64,000 nt of DNA from Planctomycetia bacterium (GTDB lineage: Bacteria; Planctomycetota; Planctomycetia; Pirellulales; JACPPG01), in contig JACPPG010000050.1 of the NCBI GenBank assembly GCA_016191115.1, forward strand, positions 12,390-76,389, in the 5' to 3' direction. The notes beneath the pieces were generated by a model. The model saw nothing but the letters and a program-made list of their open reading frames with translations, did no database searches and was not told the origin of the DNA. Shown here piece by piece: positions 9,361-17,896 of this stretch. The position numbers and the translations under genes were made by a program. Numbering within the stretch: the first letter of the stretch is position 1; each line of letters opens with the position of its first letter.

Positions 9361-9388
9361 AATGTAGCAACGCCGCGCCGTTTTGCAA
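9361..9388 (-). promoter_or_regulatory. candidate sigma-70 promoter of rpsO
   Basis: On the minus strand: TTGCAA (9383-9388), 16-nt spacer, TACATT (9361-9366). This implies a leader of about 125 nt before the rpsO ATG. Confidence 0.3.
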
Positions 9389-9449
9389 CCGCAAATGGGT
9401 GGGTAGCCGTCGGCACCGCTCACGGGCGGTTTTCTACCGGCCGCACGTG

Positions 9450-9489
9450 CCAAAAACAGGAAGCCCAGGGGATGCGACCCCTGGGCTTC
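9450..9489 (-). terminator. intrinsic terminator downstream of the desaturase gene
   Basis: 12-bp perfect stem GAAGCCCAGGGG (9460-9471) / CCCCTGGGCTTC (9478-9489). On the minus strand it is followed by CTGTTTTT (A-run 9452-9456). Confidence 0.7.
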
Positions 9490-9526
9490 GCAAAGCGGGA
9501 TGACGCGCCGATTGCCAGTTGGCGCC

Positions 9527-10528
9527 TTAGGTCGCGGCGGTCCGTTGATGGGACGGCCGCTCGTGGACGACGTTCCAGGCCAGCCCCACCTTTTCCAAAC
9601 CCAGGATCATCCAGTACGTCATGTCGATCTCCCACCAACGGTGCCCGTGCCGGGCCATGCGCTGGTAGGCGTGGTGGTTGTTGTGCCAGCCTTCGCCGTA
9701 GGCCAACAGGCCGACCCACCACAGGTTGCGGCTGTCGTCCGTCGTTTCGTAGTTGCGGTAGCCCCATTTGTGCGTAGCCGAGTTGACAAACCAGGTAATG
9801 TGCAGGACGTAAATCAGCCGCAGGAACATGCCGTAGGCGACAAACGACCAGGCTGTGTACAGGTCCCACCAGAAGTAGCCGGCGGCAAACAGAGCGACGC
9901 CCAGCACCCAGTGCCAGAGGAGGAACGTCTTGTCCAGGAACGGCATCACCGGATCCTTCAAGAGATCGGGCGCGTACCGCTCGATCAACTGTTTCTGGTT
10001 CTCGCGGCCGCGGTTGGGCGCCAGCCACACCATGTGGCTCCACCAGAACCCTTCCCGCGGGGAGTGCGGGTCGCCCTCGTGATCGCTGAACTCGTGGTGT
10101 TTGCGGTGAACGGCCACCCACATCGTGGCCGGGCCCTCGCCGGCCAGCCCACCGATGAAGGCCAGGGTCCGGCGGACCCACTGGTAGCTCGAGAAGCTGC
10201 CGTGCGTCAGGCAGCGGTGATAGCCCAGCGTGATGCCGACCGCGCCGGTGAACCACCCCAGGATCAAGGTCAAAAGCAGGCCCTTCCACGTGAAGAAGAA
10301 GAGCGCCGAAAGCGCGCCGACGTGCAAGAAGGCGATCCACAGGACCACCGGCCAATCGAGCCCGCGTGCCCAACGAGTTGTCTGAGCTTGGACGAGCGGG
10401 ACTCGCTTTCGGGACTTTCTAGCCTGTAGTTTGGCGGCCCTTCGGGACGCCTTTTCGGAGCCGTGCCGTTTCAGAGTGGCTGATTTCGCGGATTGGCGAG
10501 CCTTTTCGACTGTTTCGATGGGTGTCAC
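9527..10528 (-). CDS. acyl-CoA (delta-9-type) fatty acid desaturase
   Basis: Three histidine boxes: [38 protein letters not shown] start at 10528 is preceded by GAAGGAGA. Confidence 0.85.
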   Translation of the reverse strand: MTPIETVEKARQSAKSATLKRHGSEKASRRAAKLQARKSRKRVPLVQAQTTRWARGLDWPVVLWIAFLHVGALSALFFFTWKGLLLTLILGWFTGAVGITLGYHRCLTHGSFSSYQWVRRTLAFIGGLAGEGPATMWVAVHRKHHEFSDHEGDPHSPREGFWWSHMVWLAPNRGRENQKQLIERYAPDLLKDPVMPFLDKTFLLWHWVLGVALFAAGYFWWDLYTAWSFVAYGMFLRLIYVLHITWFVNSATHKWGYRNYETTDDSRNLWWVGLLAYGEGWHNNHHAYQRMARHGHRWWEIDMTYWMILGLEKVGLAWNVVHERPSHQRTAAT

Positions 10529-10715
10529 TGACCGTCTCCTTCGGGTTCCGTTGTGGGGCTCGCGGCGTGCCAGGCTTGCGGCTTAAACCGCATCCCTATT
10601 AGGTGTTCGACGAATTCTAGGGCGGATACGCGGATCGAGTGTCATGCGCCGGTCGGCCGTTTGTAAAAGATTGGTAAGTACCGCGTCTGCTGGCAGAGTT
10701 TGAGGGAGGCGTGCG

Positions 10716-10795
10716 GGGAGGGCGAGGCGGCGAGGCTCCTGCCGAGTCGTAAAGCACCACTCCTGCTCGCGGCTCGGCGGGAGCCTCGCCCTCCC
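10716..10795. repeat. imperfect long palindrome in the divergent desaturase/ggt intergenic region
   Basis: GGGAGGGCGAGG..GGCTCCTGCCGAG pairs with CTCGGCGGGAGCCTCGCCCTCCC. Single copy in this window. Confidence 0.5.
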
Positions 10796-10920
10796 TTTCG
10801 GCGCCTCCCATCCTTGATTTCGTAACGTGGAAACACCGGCGCGCAGGCGATAGAGTGGAGCAACCTTTGTCCGACGACAATTCGCCCCAAAACCTGATAG
10901 CAGTAGGGGGACCGAGTTCG

Positions 10921-12672
10921 ATGTCCCGTTTCTCGCACATCCTGTTCGTACCGGCGGTATTGATCATGAGCTTCACGGCGAACTCCTGCCTCGCGGCCGA
11001 AGGAGGCACGCAGCCGCTGCGCAAAGTCGGCTACGATCGGCCGGCGCGCAATCCGCACCAGAGCCGCTCGGCCGTCGTCGCCGAGAACGGCATCGTGGCC
11101 ACCAGCCAGCCGCTGGCCGCGCAAGTGGGCGTCGACGTCCTCAAGCAGGGAGGCAATGCGGCCGACGCCGCCATCGCCACGAGCGCCATGATGGGCCTGG
11201 TGGAGCCGATGAGCTGCGGCATCGGCGGCGACATCTTCCTCATCTACTGGGACGCCAAGACCAAGAAGCTCTACGGCCTCAACGGCAGCGGACGCAGCCC
11301 CTACAAGCTGTCGCGGGAGATCTTCGCCCAAAAGGGAATCAAAGAGATCCCCACCGAGGGCCTGCTGCCGTGGAGCGTGCCAGGTTGCGTGGCCGGGTGG
11401 GACGACTTGCGCGTCCGCTTCGGCACCAAGAGTTTTAAGGAGCTACTGGCGCCGGCGATTGAATATGCCGAGCACGGCTTCCCGGTGACCGAGATCATCG
11501 CCGGCGGCTGGGCGTCCTCGCAGTCGTCGCTGAAGGATTGGCCCGACTCGGCCAAGACGTATCTCCCCGGCGGCCGCGCGCCGCGCGAAGGGGAGATGTT
11601 CCGCAATCCGAACCTCGCCGCCAGCTATCGCAAAATCACTAACCAGGGGCGCGACGCGTTCTATCGCGGCGATATCGCGCGGGCGATCGTCGCTTTCAGC
11701 GAGGCCAACGGCGGATACTTCTCCACGAAGGATTTCGAGGACCACACGTCCGATTGGGTCGAGCCCGTGTCGACCAACTACCGCGGCTACGACGTGTGGG
11801 AGCTGCCGCCCAACGGGCAGGGTATCGCGGTGCTGGAGATACTGAATCTGCTCGAGGGCTACGATCTGAAGAGCATGGGTCCGGGGAGCGCGGACTTCAT
11901 CCACTTGTTCATCGAGGCCAAGAAGCTGGCCTACGCCGACCGGGCAAAGTTCTACGCCGACCCGGCCTTCAACCGGCTGCCCACCGCGGAATTGATCTCC
12001 AAGCCCTACGCCGAGCGGCGCCGCAAGCTGATCGACTCGAAACGGGCCGCCATGGACGCGCCGGCGGGCGATCCCAAGCTGGCCCTTGGCGACACGATCT
12101 ACCTGACGGTGGTCGATAAGGACCGCAACTGTTGCTCGCTCATCCAGAGCAACTTCCACTCGTTCGGCTCGCAGGTCGTGCCTGGCGACGTGGGCTTTGT
12201 CATGCAGAATCGCGGGCAGCTATTTGCGCTCGACGAGCATCACCTGAACCGGTTCGAGCCGCACAAGCGCCCCTTCCACACGATCATCCCGGCCTTTGCG
12301 ACCAAGGACGGTCGGCCGTGGCTGTCGTTCGGCGTCATGGGAGGGGACATGCAGCCGCAAGGGCACGTGCAGGTGCTGGTGAACATGATCGACTTCGGCA
12401 TGAACGTGCAGGAGGCCGGCGATTTCGGCCGCGCCCGGCACAACGGCAGTCCCGAGCCGACCGGCGAACCGGTGGCCAGCGACGGCGGGAAGGTGACCGT
12501 GGAATCCGGCATCACCAACGAGACGATTGAAGAGCTACGCCGCCGCGGCCACAACGTGATGCGCTCGCGGGGCGACTTCGGCGGCTACCAGGCGATCATG
12601 ATCGACAGCGAGCATGGCACGCTCCGCGGCGGCACCGAGGCCCGCAAGGACGGCGCGGCGGTGGGGTACTGA
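10921..12672 (+). CDS. ggt: gamma-glutamyltransferase
   Basis: GGDIFLIYWD, nucleophile region LGDTIYLTVVDKDRNCCSLIQSNFHSFGS, and GGDMQPQGH. Signal peptide starts at ATG 10921 (MSRFSHILFVPAVLIM). Confidence 0.9.
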   Translation: MSRFSHILFVPAVLIMSFTANSCLAAEGGTQPLRKVGYDRPARNPHQSRSAVVAENGIVATSQPLAAQVGVDVLKQGGNAADAAIATSAMMGLVEPMSCGIGGDIFLIYWDAKTKKLYGLNGSGRSPYKLSREIFAQKGIKEIPTEGLLPWSVPGCVAGWDDLRVRFGTKSFKELLAPAIEYAEHGFPVTEIIAGGWASSQSSLKDWPDSAKTYLPGGRAPREGEMFRNPNLAASYRKITNQGRDAFYRGDIARAIVAFSEANGGYFSTKDFEDHTSDWVEPVSTNYRGYDVWELPPNGQGIAVLEILNLLEGYDLKSMGPGSADFIHLFIEAKKLAYADRAKFYADPAFNRLPTAELISKPYAERRRKLIDSKRAAMDAPAGDPKLALGDTIYLTVVDKDRNCCSLIQSNFHSFGSQVVPGDVGFVMQNRGQLFALDEHHLNRFEPHKRPFHTIIPAFATKDGRPWLSFGVMGGDMQPQGHVQVLVNMIDFGMNVQEAGDFGRARHNGSPEPTGEPVASDGGKVTVESGITNETIEELRRRGHNVMRSRGDFGGYQAIMIDSEHGTLRGGTEARKDGAAVGY

Positions 12673-12677
12673 AAGGA

Positions 12678-12759
12678 AATGATGAATGCGGAATGAAATG
12701 TGAGCGACCGCCGCTTGCAGGATCGTCTCGGTCACATTCATCATTCCGCATTCATCATT
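12678..12759. repeat. AT-rich palindromic element family 1 (AATGATGAATGCGGAATGATGAATG...), copy 1
   Basis: Left arm AATGATGAATGCGGAATGAAATGTGA pairs with right arm TCACATTCATCATTCCGCATTCATCATT. Lies between the convergent stops of ggt (12672) and the TPM gene (12768). Confidence 0.85.
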
Positions 12760-12767
12760 GGCGCGCC

Positions 12768-13865
12768 TCACCAGCTTGTGCTGGCGCCGGTTCCGCCGCT
12801 AGCGCCGCCAGCGCCGAAGGAGCCGCCGGCGTCGGAGCTTGGGCCCCCGCCGAACGAGCTTGTTCCTCCGCTCATTCCACCGGCGTCGAATCCGCCGCCG
12901 CCCATCGCGCCGCCAAAGCCGCTGCCTCCGAAGCCTTGACTGAAGTCATCCGTCAGTTGGTTCGACCGGCCCGCCCACGTTGATCGCCCCTGGTCGCCCA
13001 AGGCGTTGTTGAGCGCCATCCACCAGAGCATTCCGCCCGAGCCGCCGCGCCAGGTGCGCCGATAGCCGCTTCGCCGGCCCAGCGCCATCATCCACACCGC
13101 GAATAGCCCGACCGGCAATAGCAAGCAGCAAAAGCCGAGCGGCGCGAGCGAGGCGCCGGGGCGTCGCAACGGCTGACCCAGCGGCGGCGCGAAACCGGGC
13201 ATCTGGTGCGCGACGGGCGGGTGCTGGCCGACGTGCGGCTGATGCTGAACCGGCGGGACTTGGCGGGCCGGCGCGCCGTGTTGCACCGGCGGCGTCTGCC
13301 GTTCGGGCAGTTCACGCTCGACCGCGGTAACAGCTTTGTCTGGGTGGGCCTGGGCCTCGGGCCCTTCAATCTTGCCGGCCACGGCCGCCGCCAGGGCGTC
13401 CAGTCCCTGGGCGTAACGCCGGCCGCGAAAGTATTGGTCGCGAACTTTGTTCAAGAGCGACGAGCACCAACTGTCGGAGAGCGTCTTTTCCAGCCCTAGG
13501 CCGGTGTGGATTCGCGCCTTGCGGTCGTCGACGGCCAACACGATCAGCACGCCGTTGTTCCTGTCCTTCTGGCCCAGCCGCCACTGGTTGAAGTGGCGCT
13601 GCGCGAATTGACGGATGTCCTCGCCGTGCGTCGTGCGGATAGTCAGCACCTTGAGCTGCGCGGTCGTCTTTTGCTCCAGGTCGGCCAGGCGCCGTTCCAG
13701 CTTCTGCCGTGCGGCCGAATCGAAGACGGCCGCCGTGTCGACGACGCGCGTGCCGGGGTCGGGGATCGTGACGTCCGCGGCGGCGCGGCCCGCCGCGATC
13801 GGCGCGAACATGGCCGCCGTCAACGTGAGCAGCATCAGGATCCGGCAGTCACTCGCGACTCGCAT
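12768..13865 (-). CDS. TPM-domain (YgcG-like) membrane protein with Gly-rich C-terminal tail, paralog 1
   Basis: Signal peptide, then VVDTAAVFDSAARQKLERRLADLEQKTTAQLKVLTI...NNGVLIVLAVDDRKARIHTGLGLE (TPM fold). A TM segment and a GGSGFGG...GASTSW tail follow. Confidence 0.8.
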   Translation of the reverse strand: MRVASDCRILMLLTLTAAMFAPIAAGRAAADVTIPDPGTRVVDTAAVFDSAARQKLERRLADLEQKTTAQLKVLTIRTTHGEDIRQFAQRHFNQWRLGQKDRNNGVLIVLAVDDRKARIHTGLGLEKTLSDSWCSSLLNKVRDQYFRGRRYAQGLDALAAAVAGKIEGPEAQAHPDKAVTAVERELPERQTPPVQHGAPARQVPPVQHQPHVGQHPPVAHQMPGFAPPLGQPLRRPGASLAPLGFCCLLLPVGLFAVWMMALGRRSGYRRTWRGGSGGMLWWMALNNALGDQGRSTWAGRSNQLTDDFSQGFGGSGFGGAMGGGGFDAGGMSGGTSSFGGGPSSDAGGSFGAGGASGGTGASTSW

Positions 13866-14005
13866 GGTATCTTATGCCTCGAGGAACCGGGCAAGGCGCG
13901 CCGTAGCGATTCTGGTCCAAGCCGCCCGGCACTGCAAGCGCGGGCGCCCCGAGTGTGAAACGCGCACGCGCTTCGCGGCCAACTCCAACATGGGAGACAT
14001 ATCGT

Positions 14006-14392
14006 ATGGGATTCGTCAACGAATTCGTGGCCTTTATCAAGCGCGGCAGCGTGATCGACCTGGCGGTGGGCGTCATCATCGGCGCGGCCTTCGGCAAGAT
14101 CGTCTCGTCGCTCGTGGGCGACGTCCTGATGCCTCCGATCGGCTATCTCGTGGGGGGCGTGAAATTCACCGATCTGTCGCTCGCGCTGGGGGGCGGCGAC
14201 ACGTCGGTGACGATCAACTACGGCAACTTCCTCCAAACGGTATTCGATTTCCTGATCATTGCCTTTTGCGTTTTCTTGGTGGTGAAAGCCGTGAACTCGC
14301 TGTACCGCAAAGAGCCACCCAAGCCCGCCGAACCGCCAGCGCACGAGAAGCTGCTGGCGGAGATCCGCGACTTGCTGAAGGCCCGCGCCTGA
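14006..14392 (+). CDS. mscL: large-conductance mechanosensitive channel
   Basis: [55 protein letters not shown] lies upstream of ATG 14006. Confidence 0.9.
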   Translation: MGFVNEFVAFIKRGSVIDLAVGVIIGAAFGKIVSSLVGDVLMPPIGYLVGGVKFTDLSLALGGGDTSVTINYGNFLQTVFDFLIIAFCVFLVVKAVNSLYRKEPPKPAEPPAHEKLLAEIRDLLKARA

Positions 14393-14408
14393 CGATCGCC
14401 GCCCTCGG

Positions 14409-14999
14409 TCATGTCTTCGCGGGGGCCGAGAAATCGACCTTCGGCGGCTCTTCTGCCGCTTTGGGAGGCTGGAAATACTCGGCTGGAGTAACGCCTGCGA
14501 AGCGGGCGTAGACGCTCGACGGGAAACGCCGCGCGAACGTGTTCAGCGTTTGCACCGAGTCGTTGTAGCGCTGCCGCTCGACACTCAAGCGATTCTCGGT
14601 GCCGGCAAGCTCGTCCTGCAGCTTGAGAAACGATTCGTTGGACTTGAGTTCCGGGTATTGCTCCTGCAGGAACAAGAGCCGCGACAGGGCCCGCTCGACG
14701 CCGGTGGCGGCGGTCGCCCGCTCGGCGACCGTTCCCGTCTCCTGGCTTTGAAAATAAGCCTTCCGTGCTTCGGCGATGCCCAGGAAGACCTTCTGCTCCT
14801 GGCCGGCCACGCCCTTGACGGTCTCGACCAGGTTGGGGATCAAGTCGTAGCGGCGCTGCAATTGGTTTTCGACCTGGGCCCACTTCTGCTTGACGCTCTC
14901 GTCGAGGGTGATGGCCTGGTTGTACCCCTGGTAGACGCATCCGCCCACCACAAGCGCGATCACCACCACGACCAGGCCGACGAGTGGAAGCATTTTCAT
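14409..14999 (-). CDS. lemA: LemA family protein
   Basis: TM helix, then KWAQVENQLQRRYDLIPNLVETVKG...RQRYNDSVQTLN. ATG at 14999 is preceded by GGAGG. Confidence 0.85.
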   Translation of the reverse strand: MKMLPLVGLVVVVIALVVGGCVYQGYNQAITLDESVKQKWAQVENQLQRRYDLIPNLVETVKGVAGQEQKVFLGIAEARKAYFQSQETGTVAERATAATGVERALSRLLFLQEQYPELKSNESFLKLQDELAGTENRLSVERQRYNDSVQTLNTFARRFPSSVYARFAGVTPAEYFQPPKAAEEPPKVDFSAPAKT

Positions 15000-15014
15000 A
15001 GGCACCTCCGAGGG

Positions 15015-15136
15015 GAAATGACGAAGGTCGAAGCACGAATGTCTAAAGCGAAAGACAGAACGCGAATCGCTTCGCCCTTTGAACGTTCCTTATTTGGATT
15101 CATTTTGACATTCGGATTTCGACATTCGACATTTGC
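15015..15136. repeat. palindromic element family 2 (..GACATTCGGATTTCGACAT..), degenerate copy
   Basis: Shares TTGACATTCGGATTTCGACATT and GAAGCACGAA with 17772-17877. Lies between the lemA start and the TPM paralog 2 stop. Confidence 0.65.
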
Positions 15137-15205
15137 GAGCGCGGTCACGCGGCCGCGGTTCGTGGCAATTGTAGCCCGCACCGCTCGGAAAGTCGTCCGC
15201 GATGC

Positions 15206-16051
15206 CTACCAGCTTGTGCTGGCGCCGCCGCCGCCGCTTGATCCTCCTCCGCCGAACGAGCCCCCTCCTCCTCCTCCGCCACCCCCAAAGCCCCCGCCTG
15301 AACCGCCGCTCCACGTTGAGCGGCCCGATTCGCTGAGCACGTTGCCGAGCACGCTTCCCCAGTACACGGCCTCGCCCACGCCGCGCCACACGCCGCGATT
15401 CCGCTGCCGCCGACTGATGAACGCCAAAAACACAATGATGGCGAAGGGTAACAGGGAACAGCACAGACCGAGCGGAAGCTGCGTGGGCTGGTGCTGCTTC
15501 GGTTGGTGCCGAACCGGTGGCACGCCTTCCAGCTTGACGCCGCCTGAGTCGTCGGCGATCTTGTTCGCCACCGCTACGACGAGTGCGTAAAGGCCGTCCG
15601 AGTATCGACCGGAGCGGAAGTATTCATCGCGAATCTTTCGCAAAAGCGTGCCGTTCCAGCCGTCGGGCAAGGTTCCCTCCAGCCCATAGCCGGTGTGAAT
15701 CCGCGCCTTGCGGTCGTCGACGGCCAGCACCACGAGCGCGCCGTTGTCCTTGTCCTTCTGGCCGAGCTTCCACAGGTCGAAGTGGCGCTGCGCGAACGGA
15801 AAAATATCCTCGCCGCTGGTCGTGCCGACGGTGAGCACCTTCACTTGTGCGGTCGTCTGCCGCGCGAGCTCCGCCAAGTGCTGTTCCAGCTTCTCCCGCG
15901 TGGTCTGGTCGAACACGGCCGCCGTGTCGACGACGCGGGTACCCGGGTCCGGCACGGTCAGTTCGGCATGGGCCCAACGCGGCGCTAGCAGGAGCATCAG
16001 CCCGGCCAAAGCGGCTCGCGCGGCCAAGCGAGGATTACCAGGAATCGGCAT
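15206..16051 (-). CDS. TPM-domain (YgcG-like) membrane protein with Gly-rich tail, paralog 2
   Basis: ATG at 16051 (MPIPGNPRLAARAALAGLMLLL). VVDTAAVFDQTTREKLEQHLAELARQTTAQVKVLTV...DNGALVVLAVDDRKARIHTGYGLE. The tail GGGGGGGGSFGGGGSSGGGGASTSW ends exactly like paralog 1. Confidence 0.8.
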   Translation of the reverse strand: MPIPGNPRLAARAALAGLMLLLAPRWAHAELTVPDPGTRVVDTAAVFDQTTREKLEQHLAELARQTTAQVKVLTVGTTSGEDIFPFAQRHFDLWKLGQKDKDNGALVVLAVDDRKARIHTGYGLEGTLPDGWNGTLLRKIRDEYFRSGRYSDGLYALVVAVANKIADDSGGVKLEGVPPVRHQPKQHQPTQLPLGLCCSLLPFAIIVFLAFISRRQRNRGVWRGVGEAVYWGSVLGNVLSESGRSTWSGGSGGGFGGGGGGGGGSFGGGGSSGGGGASTSW

Positions 16052-16754
16052 AACGTCCCAGGGCCTCGACGTCGCCGTAGAGTTGCTGAAACGTGGACCA
16101 GTCGATCGCGCGGGGCGCTTCGAGCACGCGCCACGCGCCTTGCAGCTTTTGGCCCACGACGCCCTCGACTTCCGCGAGCATCGCCTCCGGCGGTAGCGGC
16201 TGGCGCCGGTCCTTGAGCCACAACAGGCCCCGCAGCGTGCGCAGCAAGCCCGCGAGCGACGGGCCGGTGGCACGGCGGATTGATTCGTCGTTGGCGCCGT
16301 CGGTCACCGCGGTTTGCCGCATGGCGAGCGCCAGGGTCTTAAGCTCGCGCTCGCATTGCAGCCGCACGTGCTTCGGGTCGAAGACAAGTGAAGCGAACGC
16401 ATCGTCGCCGAAGACGACCAGGTGCTCGACTTGAATCTCGATCAGTTCCAGCGGATAGGAGTCGAGCGAGGCCCTGAGGAAATCAGGCGTCAGCACCAAG
16501 GGCGCGGCGATCCGGGCCCGGCCAAACAAATGCCCCTCTTCGGCCAGCCGGCGCAGCGCGGCCAGCTCGACCGTGGGCATGACGACCACGCTTTGGGCCG
16601 TCTGCCGGCGCGGATCGAAGCGGGGGCCGGCGATCGGACCGTACAGAGTCAGGCTCTGCACGCGGTCCTCGGTGTGGTCGAGCAGCCGCCTTGCATAGTG
16701 CCGCACGGCATCACGCATCGAGGCAGGCACGGCCGCCAATCCAGGGAGTTCCAT
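16035..16754 (-). CDS. hypothetical protein translationally coupled to ftsY
   Basis: ATG 16752-16754 overlaps the ftsY stop 16754-16756 (ATGA). 239 aa, no motif recognised. The 3' end overlaps the TPM paralog 2 start by 17 nt. Confidence 0.55.
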   Translation of the reverse strand: MELPGLAAVPASMRDAVRHYARRLLDHTEDRVQSLTLYGPIAGPRFDPRRQTAQSVVVMPTVELAALRRLAEEGHLFGRARIAAPLVLTPDFLRASLDSYPLELIEIQVEHLVVFGDDAFASLVFDPKHVRLQCERELKTLALAMRQTAVTDGANDESIRRATGPSLAGLLRTLRGLLWLKDRRQPLPPEAMLAEVEGVVGQKLQGAWRVLEAPRAIDWSTFQQLYGDVEALGRYADSW

Positions 16755-17698
16755 CACGCGCCCTTCCCCTCTTTCGGCTTGATCAAATCCTCGAACATCG
16801 CTTCGACGAACTGGTCTGGATCGAAGGGCGTCAGGTCCTCGGCCTTTTCGCCGACGCCCAGGTACTTCACCGGCAGACCGACTTGCTGGCGGATGGCAAC
16901 GATCACGCCCCCCTTGGCCGTGCCGTCGATCTTCGCCAGAACGATGCCCGTGCACTGCACCGCCTCGGTGAAGCTACGGGCCTGGCTGATGCCGTTCTGG
17001 CCCGTCGTTGCGTCGAGCACCAGGAGCACCTCATGCGGGGCGCCGGGGACGCGCTTGCCGATGACGGAGTGGATCTTGGTCAGCTCTTTCATCAGGTTCT
17101 GCTGCGTCTGCAGTCGGCCGGCCGTGTCAACGATGCACACGCCGGCGCCGGTTTCGATAGCCTGGCTGACAGCGCGGTGCGCTACGGCGGCCGGATCGCT
17201 CTTCGCTTCTCCGGTGACGATTTCCGCCCCCAGGCGGCCGGCCCAGATCGTGAGCTGCTCGACGGCCGCCGCGCGAAAGGTGTCGGCCGCGCCGAGGACG
17301 ACCTTCTTGCCCTGCGACTGGAACATCTTGGTCAACTTGGCGATTGTAGTCGTTTTGCCGGCCCCGTTCACGCCGGCGACCATGATCACCGTGGGCCCGC
17401 TTGGGGCGAAGCGGATCGGCGCCTCCGGTTGCGCGACGAGTTCTCTGAGCTTTTTCGTCAAATTGGCGACCACGTCCTTCATCTCGACGATGCGGCCACG
17501 GAACTCGACGCGGACGTGCTCGATCTCTTGCTGCGCCGCCGTGACGCCCATGTCGGTCTTGATGAGGATCTCGAAGAGCTCCTCGAGGAAGGCATCGTCG
17601 ATCAAGCGGCCTTCGCTCTTAAAGAGGTCGCGGATGTCCGTATTGAGCAGGTTCTTGGTCTTGGCCAGCCCCTGCTTGATCTTGTCGAAGAGACCCAT
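16754..17698 (-). CDS. ftsY: signal recognition particle receptor FtsY (NG domains only)
   Basis: MGLFDKIKQGLAKTK..., GVNGAGKTTTIAKL, DTAGRL, TGIVLAKIDGTAKGG. ATG at 17698. Confidence 0.92.
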   Translation of the reverse strand: MGLFDKIKQGLAKTKNLLNTDIRDLFKSEGRLIDDAFLEELFEILIKTDMGVTAAQQEIEHVRVEFRGRIVEMKDVVANLTKKLRELVAQPEAPIRFAPSGPTVIMVAGVNGAGKTTTIAKLTKMFQSQGKKVVLGAADTFRAAAVEQLTIWAGRLGAEIVTGEAKSDPAAVAHRAVSQAIETGAGVCIVDTAGRLQTQQNLMKELTKIHSVIGKRVPGAPHEVLLVLDATTGQNGISQARSFTEAVQCTGIVLAKIDGTAKGGVIVAIRQQVGLPVKYLGVGEKAEDLTPFDPDQFVEAMFEDLIKPKEGKGA

Positions 17699-17771
17699 CG
17701 TGGGTGGTGCCTGAGTGAGTTCGGGTTGGGGAGGGACGGTGGGGGATGTCGGGGAAGGACCCTTTGGGAAT

Positions 17772-17877
17772 AACGAATGTCGAAATCGGAATGTCAAAAG
17801 AAGCACGAACGTCGAAGCTCGAAACAATTCGCGTTTCGTGCTTCGGATTCCTTTCGACATTCGGATTTCGACATCCG
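17772..17877. repeat. palindromic element family 2, copy 2
   Basis: Left arm CGAATGTCGAAATCGGAATGTCAAAAGAAGCACGAACG pairs with right arm CGTTTCGTGCTTCGGATTCCTTTCGACATTCGGATTTCGACATCCG. Lies between the nusB stop and the ftsY start. Confidence 0.8.
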
Positions 17878-17896
17878 TCACTCCCCCCGCGCGGCG

